From an uncultured Gammaproteobacteria bacterium (GTDB taxonomy: Bacteria; Pseudomonadota; Gammaproteobacteria; UBA9214): 64,000 nucleotides of DNA. The notes under the pieces are model-generated. The model saw only the letters and a program-made list of their open reading frames with translations. It did not search any database and was not told the DNA's origin. A program made the position numbers and the translations under genes. Below, one piece after another: positions 1-9,758 of this stretch (position 1 is its first letter; every line of letters starts with the position of its first letter). The stretch covers positions 201,470 to 265,469 of the forward strand of contig CAVYZN010000006.1 of NCBI GenBank assembly GCA_963773065.1, given 5' to 3'.

Positions 1-268
1 GCTCGGCAGGCCGGCCATCATTTCCCCCAACGCCGATGTCACCACGCTGCTGCGCGTGGTCTGTTTCGACCGCCTGTTCCACCTGGTGACGGAGTCCCCC
101 GTTGACCCGCAACGGTTGGAGCCGGTGGCGGCGCTGGCAGTAAACGAGCGCGAGATGCTGACCCTGGTCCTGGAGGCCCACCGCCGGTTGTGTGCCATCG
201 ACGCGCGGACCCATGCGGTGTTCCAGGACGTGGTGACCGCCCTGGAGACGGAGCAGCGCGGGAACTGA
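1..268 (+). CDS. C-terminal part of STAS-domain anti-sigma-factor antagonist (RssC-like), truncated by window start
   Basis: Frame open from base 2: LGRPAIISPNADVTTLLRVVCFDRLFHL...VLEAHRRLCAIDARTHAVFQDVVTALE, which resembles the RssC-type C-terminus (VLEAHxxL...F.D.V..LE). Confidence 0.6.
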   Translation, partial: LGRPAIISPNADVTTLLRVVCFDRLFHLVTESPVDPQRLEPVAALAVNEREMLTLVLEAHRRLCAIDARTHAVFQDVVTALETEQRGN

Positions 269-431
269 ATGGCGTTGTCCTTTCCCCGGATCACCCGCCG
301 GGTTTCTCCGCGCATCCCGTTAGTCCCGGACTTATCCCTGCACGCGCCGCGGACGGTGGAGCTATGCTTGTTTATGACGCCGCTCTGGAGGAGACGGCGG
401 CGTGACCCGATTCTCGATACGGTGTGCCGGC

Positions 432-3362
432 GTGAACGATAGCATCGCTCTGGAAGCGCGGATCCGCACCCTGGGCACTGCGCCTGCTGGAAACGGCCGC
501 GCGGAACGTCCCGGCTGCCCGTCATGCCTGGCTGGATCGACTGATTCTGCGCGCCATCGGCGATCCCGGCTTCCGCGTGCAGACGCTGCGGTTCATCGAT
601 GTCCTGCCGACCCTGCGCGACGATGCGGAGCTGGTGCGGCACCTCAAGGACTATTTCACCGGACTGGAACTGCCCTGGCCGGAGGTGAGTGCATGGAGCC
701 TGCGACACAGCGATGCTCCCTGGGCGCTGCACATCGCCGCGCCGCTGCTGCGCGCCACCCTGCGCGCCCTGTCGCGGCGCTTCATGGGCGGGAGCGACAT
801 CCGCCAGGCGCGGCACACCATCGAGAGGCTGCGCCGCCGGGGCATGGGCTACACCCTGGATCTCCTCGGCGAGGCGGTCGTGAGCGAAGCGGAGGCGCAG
901 CGCTACCAGCAGGCCTGCCTCGCGCTGCTGCAGGGACTGCCGCCGCGCGGCGATGCGGCGAGTGAAACCCACCGGCCGCAGATCTCCGTGAAGCTCACCG
1001 CGCTGTATTCGCAGTTGAGCCCGCTCGACCCCGAGGGCGGCGTGGCGGCCATCGCCGCGCGGTTGCGCCCGCTCCTTCGCGCGGCGCGCGCGCATCACGC
1101 CGGCGTGACCATCGACATGGAGCAGTACGATTTCAAGCCTATCGTGTGGCAGTGTTTCATGACGGTGCTGATGGAGCCGGAATTCCGCGACTGGCCCGAC
1201 GCGGGCATCGCCGTGCAGGCCTACCTGCGGGACGCCCGCGATGACCTGCGGCAATTGATCGACTGGGCCGAACGGCGCGGCGCGCCGGTGCAGATCCGCC
1301 TGGTGCGCGGGGCGTACTGGGACTATGAGACGGTGATCGCCCGGCAGCACGGCTGGCCGGTGCCGGTGTGGGAGGACAAGGCGCAGACCGATGCGTGCTT
1401 CGAGGATTGCCTGGAAACGCTATTTGCCAATCCGCAGGTCGTGCAGGCGGCGGTGGCCAGCCACAACGTGCGCAGCCTCGCCTGCGCCATGGCGCTGGCG
1501 GAGCAGCCGGCGACTGCCGGCGGAGCGCTTCGAGTTCCAGATGCTCTACGGCATGGCGGATGAACTCAAGCAGGCGCTGGTTCAACTAGGCTATCGCCTG
1601 CGCGTCTATGTGCCCTTCGGCGAGACCCTGCCCGGCATGGCCTACCTGGTGCGCCGCCTGCTGGAAAACAGTTCCGGCCAGAGCATACTCGACAGCGGCA
1701 TGGCGCCGGCCCGCCTGCAGGAGGCGAGCCTCGATCGGCCGCAACCCCCGGTCATGGCAAGCGAACCGCCGGAGCCGCGGCGCTTCCACAACCAGGCGGT
1801 GCACCGCTTCACCGCGGCCGCCGAGCGCGAGGCCTTCGCCGCGGCGCTCGTCGCGGTCCGGGAACAACTCGGCCAGGACTATCCGCTCATCATCGGCGGC
1901 CAGGCGCTGGCCGGGACCGGTGAGATCGCCTCCACCAACCCGGCGCGGCCGCAGGAAGTCATCGGGCGCGTGGCAGCGGCCGGCCGCGCGCAGGCCGATG
2001 CGGCGCTCGCCGCCGCGCGCGCCGCCTTCCCCGCCTGGAGCCGGTTGCCGGCGGGCGAACGCGCCGGCTATCTGCGCAAGGTCGCCTCTGCGCTGACCGA
2101 TGAGCGCGACCAATTCGCGGCCTGGCAGGTGCTGGAGGCCGGCAAGAACTGGAGCGAGGCCGATGCCGATGTCTGCGAGGCGATCGATTTTCTCAACTAC
2201 TACGCAGAGCAGGCGGAGCGCCTGGCCGAAGGTCGCAGTCGTCGCGCTCGCCGGCGAGCACAACCGCCTCGACTGGCGGCCGAAGGGCGTGGGCCTGGTC
2301 ATCGCGCCCTGGAATTTCCCGCTCGCCATCTTGACCGGCATGCTGGCGGCGACGCTCGTCACCGGCAACACCGCCATCCTGAAGCCCTCCTCGCTGACGC
2401 CGGTCATCGCCGCGCGCTTCATGCGGCTGCTCGAAGCGGCCGGACTGCCGCCGGGCGTGGTGAATTTCCTGCCCGGTGCGGGCGGCGAGGTCGGCGAGTA
2501 TCTCGCGGCCAGTCCCGATATCCACCTCATCGCCTTCACCGGCTCGCGCGCGGTGGGCACGCGGCTGATCGAACTCGGCGCGAAAGTGCATCCCGGCCAG
2601 GCGCACATCAAGCGCGTGATCGCGGAAATGGGCGGCAAGAACGCCATCATCATCGACGCCGATGCCGATCTGGATGCCGCCATCCCGGGCGTGCTGGCCT
2701 CCGCCTTCGGCTACCAGGGGCAGAAGTGCAGCGCGGCCTCGCGCGTGATCGTGGTCGGCGATCTGCACGACGCCTTCCTCGAACGTCTCATCGCGGCGAC
2801 CCGCAGCCTGACCGTGGGCGATCCCGCGCAACCGGGCCATTTCCTGGGGCCGGTGATCGACGCCGTCGCTCAGGAGCGCATCCGCGCGGTCATCGAGGCG
2901 GGCGCGCAGCGGGCGCGGCTGGCGCTGTACGAACCGCAGGCGCTGCCGGATGAGGGTTGCTACGTCGCGCCGGCCATCTTCACCGACGTGGCGCCGAACG
3001 ATGCGCTGGCGCAGGAGGAGATCTTCGGACCGGTGCTCGCGCTGCTGCGCGCCGCCGATTTCGAGGAGGCCATCGCGATCGCCAACGCCACGCCCTATGC
3101 CCTGACCGGCGGCGTGTATTCGCGCCGGCCCGCCCACCTGCGGCGCGCCCGCGAGGCCTTCCGCGTCGGCAACCTCTATCTCAACCGCAAGATCACCGGC
3201 GCCATCGTCGCGCGCCAGCCCTTCGGCGGCTTCAAACTGAGCGGCGTCGGCAGCAAGGCGGGCGGCGAGGATTATCTCAAGCAGTTCATGGACCCGGTGT
3301 GCGTCACCGAGAACACCCTGCGCCGCGGCTTCGCGCCCGATGCCGGGGAGCCCGAGCCATGA
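432..3362 (+). CDS. putA: Bifunctional proline dehydrogenase / P5C dehydrogenase, no RHH domain; about 3 frameshifts (~477, ~1507, ~2235)
   Basis: PRODH motifs DLLGE, IDMEQY, RLVRGAYWDYE, FQMLYGMA, YLVRRLLEN; ALDH motifs PWNFP, FTGS, EMGGKN, GQKCSA, EEIFGP. Pieces are ORFs 577-1563, 1391-2953 and 2100-3362. Confidence 0.92.
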
Positions 3363-3924
3363 ACTGGGCCGACTGGCACATCCCGCTCTCGGCGGGTCAA
3401 CTGACCCTGCGGCAGGGACTGGCGAGCCTCGCCGAGGTCGGCGCGCGCCAGCAGGAGATTCCGCTCCTCATCCGCCTGATGGAGAATCCGAAATACTCGC
3501 TGCCGGGCGTGACGCTGTTTCACGGCGCGGTCGACCTCAAGGCCCACGACCGCATCCATATCCTGCTCGGCCGCGGGCTGCTGACCGAGGACGAGGCCTT
3601 CACCATCGGCTTCACCATGGGCAGCACCAAGCGCGTGAGCCGCACCGAGGAATGGCTGTTCGGCCTGATCGCCCGCCGCCTCTATCCCGTGCCCTACCGC
3701 TTCGATGACAACGCCGTGCGCATCTTCCGCGACGCCGTGCACCTCGGCGGAATTGTCCGGCTGCCGGCCGCTCGACCGGCATCGATTTCGACCCCTATCT
3801 CGACACCCCGCTGCAGGAGATCCGCGCCGCCATCGGCCTGGAGACGGATCTCCTCGCCGCCTATTACCGCATCGAAAAGGCCCGCTACCCGGACTCCGCC
3901 GCGTGCCGGCGGCTGCTGGATTGA
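3359..3924 (+). CDS. Hypothetical protein with Coq4-like HDxxH-x11-E metal-binding motif (frameshifted ~3750-3780)
   Basis: ATG overlaps the putA stop (ATGA). MNWADWH...AHDRIHILLGRGLLTEDEAF...; C-terminus IDFDPYLDTPLQEIRAAIGL...RRLLD* in another frame. Confidence 0.55.
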
Positions 3925-4024
3925 ACCCGAAGTATCGCGGGTCGGGTCAACGATGCGTAATTCGACAATGGGGTCATTGCGACGGATTTCGATACCGAAA
4001 AATATCGATAGCTGCGTTGACAAA

Positions 4025-4134
4025 ACCTCATGCCGGGTAAGTCCTTCCGTGACACGCTGTGAATACGTCCCTGTACGCTCGCCGGCCGCATCCCTGCGGC
4101 CGACGGTCACTACAGGACTTACCCGGCATGAGGT
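4025..4134. mobile_element. 110-bp MITE/REP-like element with perfect 21-bp terminal inverted repeats
   Basis: ACCTCATGCCGGGTAAGTCCT (4025-4045) is the exact reverse complement of AGGACTTACCCGGCATGAGGT (4114-4134); internal hairpin GGCCGCA-TCCC-TGCGGCC. Confidence 0.7.
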
Positions 4135-4333
4135 CTCTGCGCGTATGAGGTAAAGTTGTCGCCTGCCTTGCAAGCAGCCGGCGCCAAAAACTCTCGGGAT
4201 AGTTCCACAACGCTATCCTGCAAATTTTCAAATCCCTTTGGGCAAGATAATATGAGGCACCGCACCTATCGGAAATGATTGCGTCAGAACGTTTGTTAAT
4301 ACCCATTAGCCGTATGAAAAAAGGAAAGGAATC

Positions 4334-4618
4334 TTGAAGACACGGTATTACATCGATCCAGAAACAGAATTGCCGCACATCTACCGGCATAATGTTTCGG
4401 AACAGGAAGTTGAGGAGGTATTGGGGCATTCCGGCGAGGACCGTCCCGGACGTGAAGGATCACGAGTCGCAATCGGGTGCACTTCTGACGGGCGCTACTT
4501 GAGAGTAATATATGTACCGGACCCAGACCCGGATAGCGTTTTTGTCATTACAGCCTACGATCTTCATGGTAAACCACTGATCGCTTATAAGCGCCGTCAT
4601 CGGAGAAAGAGGAAATGA
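4334..4618 (+). CDS. BrnT/DUF4258-like toxin (RelE-like fold)
   Basis: HIYRHNVSEQEVEEVL...RVAIGCTSDGRYLRVIYV...VFVITAYDL; overlaps the downstream small ORF by 4 bp. Confidence 0.7.
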   Translation: MKTRYYIDPETELPHIYRHNVSEQEVEEVLGHSGEDRPGREGSRVAIGCTSDGRYLRVIYVPDPDPDSVFVITAYDLHGKPLIAYKRRHRRKRK

Positions 4619-4815
4619 AACAAAGTAAGTTCCCTCCAGGTTGGAACGAGAAGCGGGTTAAAGAGGTTCTCGCCCATTATGAATCGCAGACCGAGGAAGA
4701 AGCCGTAGCAGAGGATGAAGCGGCCTTTGAGGCTGTTGGCCAAACGGTAATGGAGATTCCTACTGAGCTTGTTCCAAAAGTTCGCGAACTTATCGCGAAG
4801 CACAAAGTCGCCTGA
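4615..4815 (+). CDS. Putative cognate antitoxin
   Basis: 66 aa with acidic centre (EEEAVAEDEAAFE); ATGA-coupled to the toxin. Confidence 0.6.
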   Translation: MKQSKFPPGWNEKRVKEVLAHYESQTEEEAVAEDEAAFEAVGQTVMEIPTELVPKVRELIAKHKVA

Positions 4816-4826
4816 GCTGCGGCGGT

Positions 4827-4888
4827 AAAGGGGTCGGATACATTTTTGTAGCTGGATATGGATTGTCAAAATTGTATCCGGCCCCTTT
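4827..4888. repeat. Palindromic element, copy 1
   Basis: AAAGGGGTCGGATACATTTTT...AAAATTGTATCCGGCCCCTTT imperfect inverted repeat; loop GTAGCTGGATATGGATTGT is shared with copy 2. Confidence 0.8.
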
Positions 4889-4900
4889 CCGCGAAAATCG

Positions 4901-4926
4901 CCGCGCCGGTTATGTGAACGTTATGT
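4901..4926 (+). other. Right half of a disrupted integron attC site
   Basis: CCGGTTATGTGAAC-GTTATGT (GTTRxxY core at 4920); nearly complementary to the CCATAAC at the end of the next cassette ORF. Confidence 0.5.
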
Positions 4927-4939
4927 TTCAAAATAAGGA

Positions 4940-5375
4940 ATGAATCGTCGAACTGAGAGGCAGGAATCAGCCCTAGCCAGCGTAGAAACACCGGGCTTGA
5001 TGATGCAGCATCAAAAGACCCAGGCTTCTCATGCCAAGGTAAAGTCGGTGAGTTTATTAGTTTATATTTGAGGTGTGAGCATTTTGCTACGCGTCTACAA
5101 CACTATTACCAGACAGACAAACAATACAAACAGGGAAGCTAAATACGGACAGCTTATCAAAAGCATTCGAACATTTTGGATTTCCTCTCGGTAAAGATAA
5201 ATTGCTTTCTATTTTCAAAGGTGGGGAAGGTAAGAGAGGAAAAAAGAGTGCTAAGCAGTTAAGAAATGGTTATCTTCATCAATTATCCGAAGCTGATAGA
5301 TTGGAAATAATTGAAAAGCATTTAATGCTTACAAAAGAGATGAATCGTTTACTAAAGAAGAGGATAAAACCATAA
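4940..5375 (+). CDS. Low-GC cassette ORF, putative HEPN-domain protein (frameshifts ~4978 and ~5137; absent from ORF track)
   Basis: Manual translation: ...GKVGEFISLYLRCEHFATRLQHYY... / KLNTDSLSKAFEHFGF...SAKQLRNGYLHQLSEADRLEII...KRIKP*; contains RNxxxH; stop lies inside the attC R'' box. Confidence 0.55.
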
Positions 5376-5445
5376 CAATGCAAATTCACTCGGACAATTT
5401 TCTACGCTGCGCTCCGAGGATCGCCGGTGATTTGCGGCGTTAGAG
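5370..5445 (+). other. Integron attC site (76 bp)
   Basis: R'' CCATAAC, L'' AAATTCACTCGG pairing with L' CCGGTGATTT with two extrahelical bases, R' GTTAGAG. Confidence 0.85.
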
Positions 5446-5448
5446 CAC

Positions 5449-5979
5449 ATGGTCTCCGTCGCTATAGAAGGCTACTTGGTGCAGGGCAAGCTTGAGGTAG
5501 CCCTGCGCGAAATCGTCGGAAACGACTGCTGGCGTGGTCGGGAAGTACGACTACCCGTCGGAAGGCGCCGATGGGACATGAGTTACGAAACGAACGGGCA
5601 AATTACGGTCGTAGAGTTTGACGGAGACGAGCATTACCGCAATACGCTCAAGATAAAGGCTGACACAGAAAAGGACCAAATCGCAACCCAGCACGGCTAC
5701 CGTGTCGTCCGGATTCCCTACTGGGTTCAGCTCACGACGGACACCTTATGGCACTACTTCAATCTCAACGCGGAAATTCGCCAAGATTTTTCTCATGGCT
5801 TCATCGCGACAAAGATATTTCCTGCATCATTCTGTGAACTCGGTATAGCACGTTTCCAACGTGAGCTAACCTCTCTTCCTGCTGGCGTTCGAACCGCAGT
5901 GGTCAATTCACTCCGAGACAGATGCAGAGAGTATGGGAGTCAGTATGTCTTGCCTTCCAGCCTACAGAATGTGCTCTAA
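5449..5979 (+). CDS. DUF559/Vsr-like PD-(D/E)XK endonuclease cassette
   Basis: RWDMSY...VVEFDGDEHY...KDQIATQHGYRVVRIPYW; cassette bounded by GTTAGAGC (5439) and complementary GCTCTAAC (5973-5980). Confidence 0.7.
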   Translation: MVSVAIEGYLVQGKLEVALREIVGNDCWRGREVRLPVGRRRWDMSYETNGQITVVEFDGDEHYRNTLKIKADTEKDQIATQHGYRVVRIPYWVQLTTDTLWHYFNLNAEIRQDFSHGFIATKIFPASFCELGIARFQRELTSLPAGVRTAVVNSLRDRCREYGSQYVLPSSLQNVL

Positions 5980-5999
5980 CCTCTCGGTCCGATGCAAAA

Positions 6000-6071
6000 A
6001 AAGGGGGCGGATACATTTTTCGGAGGGACGGTAGCTGGAGATAGATTGTAGAAAATGTATCCGCCCCCTTT
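6000..6071. repeat. Palindromic element, copy 2
   Basis: AAAGGGGGCGGATACATTTT...AAAATGTATCCGCCCCCTTT inverted repeat; loop GTAGCTGGAGATAGATTGT; 19 bp after the R'' box. Confidence 0.8.
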
Positions 6072-6173
6072 CTTACTGCTCCTGGCAATGTTCGCTTCGG
6101 CGCGAAATATAAATCTGTCCTCGTTTGGCTATCATACAAGCCATAAAGGGCTTCATAGAGACAGGTGAGAAGC

Positions 6174-6363
6174 ATGTCTACCGCGAATGAGGATTTAAAT
6201 AAACTGCTCGGAACAGCAACCGGAGGACAGTCTTATGAGGAACTGATTCGGGAGATGGCGTTTGATGTCATGGTCCGAAAGGTCTGCGGGATTCCGAGGA
6301 TGGCCGTACAATTTCAAATGAGGAAGATGCAGCGTCGACATCCGTTCATGCGCACTGAAATAA
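6174..6363 (+). pseudogene. Degenerate small antitoxin-like gene (RelE/ParE-partner type), toxin absent
   Basis: MSTANEDLNKLL...SYEELIREMAFDVMVR, then in a shifted frame KGLRDSEDGRTISNEE. Confidence 0.5.
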
Positions 6364-6560
6364 GACCGGGCGCAATGCGCCATGTCCCTGCAACAGCGGG
6401 AGAAAATACAAGCTGTGTTGCGGACGATGACCGTCGAATTCCGCGGACAGTGTACCTGTGCCGCTCTCACTGGCGTGTGGTTGTTTCCGGAGTCTTCTGG
6501 CCGGGTCAGAGAACAATATTCGCCAATAGTAGCGTTATTCTGTGCCCGGTTTTCCCGGCC

Positions 6561-7768
6561 TTACTCGTGCCGCAGCGCCTCGATCGGGTCCAGGCGCGCC
6601 GCCTGGCGGGCGGGAAAATAGCCGAATACGACACCCACCGCGGCCGAGAACGAAAAGGCGAGCAGAATGATGCCCGGCTGGATCAGGAACGGGACGCCCA
6701 GCAGATGCACGCCGGCGTCCGCTCCCACCAGCCCCAGCAGGATGCCGAGCACGCCGCCAACGGAGGAAAGCACAACCGCCTCGACCAGGAACTGCAAACC
6801 GACTTCGCGCTTGAGGGCGCCGATGGCGAGCCGGATGCCGATTTCGCGCGTGCGCTCGGTGACCGAAACGAACATGACGTTCATGATGCCTATGCCGCCG
6901 ACGATCAGGCTCACGGCGGCGATGGCGCTCAGCAGGCCGGTCAGAAAGTGCGCGGTCCTGGTCACGGCATCGACGACCTCCCGCATGTCGCGAACCGAAA
7001 AGTTATCGGCGCCAGCCGGATTGTGGCGGCGCTCGCGCAGCAGCCGCGTCATATCCGCCTGGACCTTGGCCGTATCCACACCATCGCGCGCCGAGACAAA
7101 AATCTGCGGCACGCCGTTATTGCCCGCGATGGTGCGATGAAACCAGCGGATCGGTACCAGGATCAGGTCATCCTGGTCCGAACCTCGCTCGATTCGCCCT
7201 TGGACACGAGCGTGCCGATAACCTCGCACGAAAATCCGCCCAGTCGCAAACGCTTGCCCAGGGGGGTGCCGGCCCCGAACAGGTCTTTGCGGACGGTGGC
7301 GCCGATGATGCAAATCGCCCGGCCCCCGCGCTCCTCCGTGTCCGTGAAACCGCGCCCCCTGTCGACTGCCAGGCGCGAACCTTGAGGAAGGACGAGGTGG
7401 TTCCCAGCACACTGGTGGTGCGGTTTCTGTCGCCGCTGATCGCCTGCAGGTTACGCGAGGCCGCGGGGGCGACGGCCGCGATGCCGGGAATCTCGCGCTC
7501 CAGTGCCACGCTGTCGGCCAGGCTGAAGGCGGGCGCGCTCGACTTCAGCCCGTGCATGCCCGTCTGCGACTGTCCGGGCTTGACCAGCAGCAGATTCGTG
7601 CCCAGCCTGGGACAGATCCGAAGTCACGCGCGCGCTGGTGCCGGTGCCGATGATCACCATCGTGATCACCGCCGCCACACCGATCACCACACCGAGCATC
7701 GTGAGTCCGGAACGCAAGGGGTTGCGCAGAATGGCCTGCAGCGCGAGACGCAGCATATCCCACAGCAT
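6561..7768 (-). CDS. MacB-like ABC permease (frameshifted)
   Basis: N-term LRNPLRSGLTMLGVVIGVAAVI; C-term GGIGIMNVMFVSVTERTREIGIRLAIGA...PARQAARLDPIEALRHE. Confidence 0.88.
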
Positions 7769-8475
7769 CAGGCGCTCTCCCGGCGCATCTCGCCGTCGAG
7801 GCGCCCGTCCTTGAGCCGGATGGTGCGCTCCGCCCATGCCGCGATGGCGGGATCGTGGGACACCATGGCGATGGTGATACCGCGCTCGCGGTTGAGTTCC
7901 CGCAGCAGGCGCATGATTTCCTTGCTGCGCTCGGTATCGAGGTTGCCGGTGGGCTCGTCGGCAAGCAGCAGCAGCGGCGAGGTGACGATGGCGCGGGCGA
8001 TGGCGACGCGCTGCTGCTGCCCCCCCGACAATTCCGCCGGCGTGTGCGACTCCCACCCCGTGAGGCCGACCGATGCCAGGGCCTCGCCGGCGAGCTTGTG
8101 GCGTTCCGGCACCGGCACTCCCCGATAGACCAGCGGCAGTTCGACGTTTTCCAGCGCGGAGGTCCGGCCGAGCAGGTTGAACCCCTGGAAGACAAAGCCC
8201 ACATAATGGCGGCGCAGGCGGGCACGCTGATCGGGGGTGAGGGCGCCAACGTCCACACCCGCGAAACGGTAGGTGCCCCCGGTCGGCACATCGAGACACC
8301 CCAGGATATTCATCGCGGTGGATTTGCCGCAGCCGCTGGGGCCCATGACCGCGACAAACTCGCCGCACTCGATGCGCACATCGATGCCGCGCAGTGCCTG
8401 CACCGCCACGGGACCGAGTCCATAGACCTTGGTCACGGCATCGAAAGTCACCAGGGAAGGGAGTGCCGCGCTCAC
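7768..8475 (-). CDS. ABC transporter ATP-binding protein (MacB/LolD type)
   Basis: [34 protein letters not shown]. Confidence 0.93.
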   Translation of the reverse strand: MSAALPSLVTFDAVTKVYGLGPVAVQALRGIDVRIECGEFVAVMGPSGCGKSTAMNILGCLDVPTGGTYRFAGVDVGALTPDQRARLRRHYVGFVFQGFNLLGRTSALENVELPLVYRGVPVPERHKLAGEALASVGLTGWESHTPAELSGGQQQRVAIARAIVTSPLLLLADEPTGNLDTERSKEIMRLLRELNRERGITIAMVSHDPAIAAWAERTIRLKDGRLDGEMRRESA

Positions 8476-9758
8476 GAGGGCTTGGTGATGGTGTCGACGA
8501 TGAGGCTCACGCCGGGCTCGATGCCTTCGCCATGGACCTCGGTCCAGGACCCGTCGCTGCGTCCCACCTCCACGTCGACCTGCGCGGGCGGTCCGTCGCG
8601 CAGCACCCAGACGTGCGATTGCGATCCCGGTGTCTGCGCGCGCACTTCCGCGGGAGGCGCCCGGCGGTGTTTGGAAAGAAGGGATTTCAGCAGTCCGCCC
8701 GGGCGCGGCTCCTCCTGTACCGGCGGCTCGTAGCGCAGCGCCGCGTTCGGTACGAGGATGCCGTTGCTGACCTTGCCCACGACGATCACCGCCGTCGCCG
8801 TCATGCTGGGACGCAGCAGGCGCTCGCTGTTGTCGAAGGCGAGCACCGTCTCATAGGTGACGACGCCCTGCAGGGTCTTCGCGCCATAGCGGACCTGCGT
8901 GACCTTCGCCGGGAATTTCTTGTCGGGCCAGGCATCAACCATGAAGCTCGCCTCCTGGCCGGGTTGGACCTGACCGACGTCGGCTTCGTCCACATCGACT
9001 ATCAACTGCATCCTGGAGAGATCTTCGGCCAGTGTGAATAATACCGGAGTCGAGGCGGCCACCGTTTGCCTGGGCCACGCCGCACATGTCAACACGATGC
9101 CGTTGATCGGCGAAACGATCACCCCCTTGCCCAGGTCGGTCTGCTGGGTCTCGAGTGTTGTCTTGGCCTGTACGACCGCCGCGCGCGCACTCACCACGGC
9201 CGCCTTTGCCCGGAGCACAGCGGTTCGTGCATTCGCGTACTCCTGCTTGGAAGGTACCTTTCCGCCGCTCAGCTTGCGCACCTCCTGCAGGCGTGCGAGT
9301 TGACTCTCCGCGTCGCTCGCAGAGGCCTTCGCCTGCTGCACACCCGCCGTCGCCGACTCGAGCGCCGCCTTGGACTGCTGGACCATCGATTCCAGTCGCG
9401 ACGTATCCAGCCTCGCCAGCACCTGCCCGGCGTGTACCACGTCATTGCAACCGGCATCAACACTGCGTATCGTGCCCGGGATTTCGCTAACGATGTCGAC
9501 CTGATTGGTCGGGAATATCGTCCCGGTGGCCGTCACGGTGACGGAAAGATCGCCACGCCGGGCGTTTTCCGTCACGTAATGCACCTCTGGGTCTTCCCCG
9601 CAACCGGGAGAATCCCGATGACCGCGAATACCGCCAGCACCACGGCAGCGACCCAGATCGCGGGTCTGCGGAGACCGGCGATCCGGCCGGGTCTCATCCG
9701 CTCCCAGCACCTGCCTTATGCCGGCCAGTTGCGCCCACTCTTTACGGACTTCGTTCAT
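8472..9758 (-). CDS. MacA-like periplasmic adaptor (membrane fusion protein)
   Basis: RGDLSVTVTATGTI, GQVLARLD, alpha-hairpin, SPINGIV, DVDEADVGQVQPGQ; N-terminal TM segment locally frameshifted. Confidence 0.88.
   Translation of the reverse strand: MNEVRKEWAQLAGIRQVLGADETRPDRRSPQTRDLGRCRGAGGIRGHRDSPGCGEDPEVHYVTENARRGDLSVTVTATGTIFPTNQVDIVSEIPGTIRSVDAGCNDVVHAGQVLARLDTSRLESMVQQSKAALESATAGVQQAKASASDAESQLARLQEVRKLSGGKVPSKQEYANARTAVLRAKAAVVSARAAVVQAKTTLETQQTDLGKGVIVSPINGIVLTCAAWPRQTVAASTPVLFTLAEDLSRMQLIVDVDEADVGQVQPGQEASFMVDAWPDKKFPAKVTQVRYGAKTLQGVVTYETVLAFDNSERLLRPSMTATAVIVVGKVSNGILVPNAALRYEPPVQEEPRPGGLLKSLLSKHRRAPPAEVRAQTPGSQSHVWVLRDGPPAQVDVEVGRSDGSWTEVHGEGIEPGVSLIVDTITKPS

Noticed and set aside
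432-3362. Programmed frameshifting or real splitting of putA and other genes
   Set aside because: No slippery sites seen at the breaks, and similar indels occur window-wide, which is consistent with sequencing error.
4811-4830. CTGAGCTGCGGCGGTAAAG as an additional attC right end
   Set aside because: It resembles an L'-R' end but lacks the GTT core and a matching left arm.
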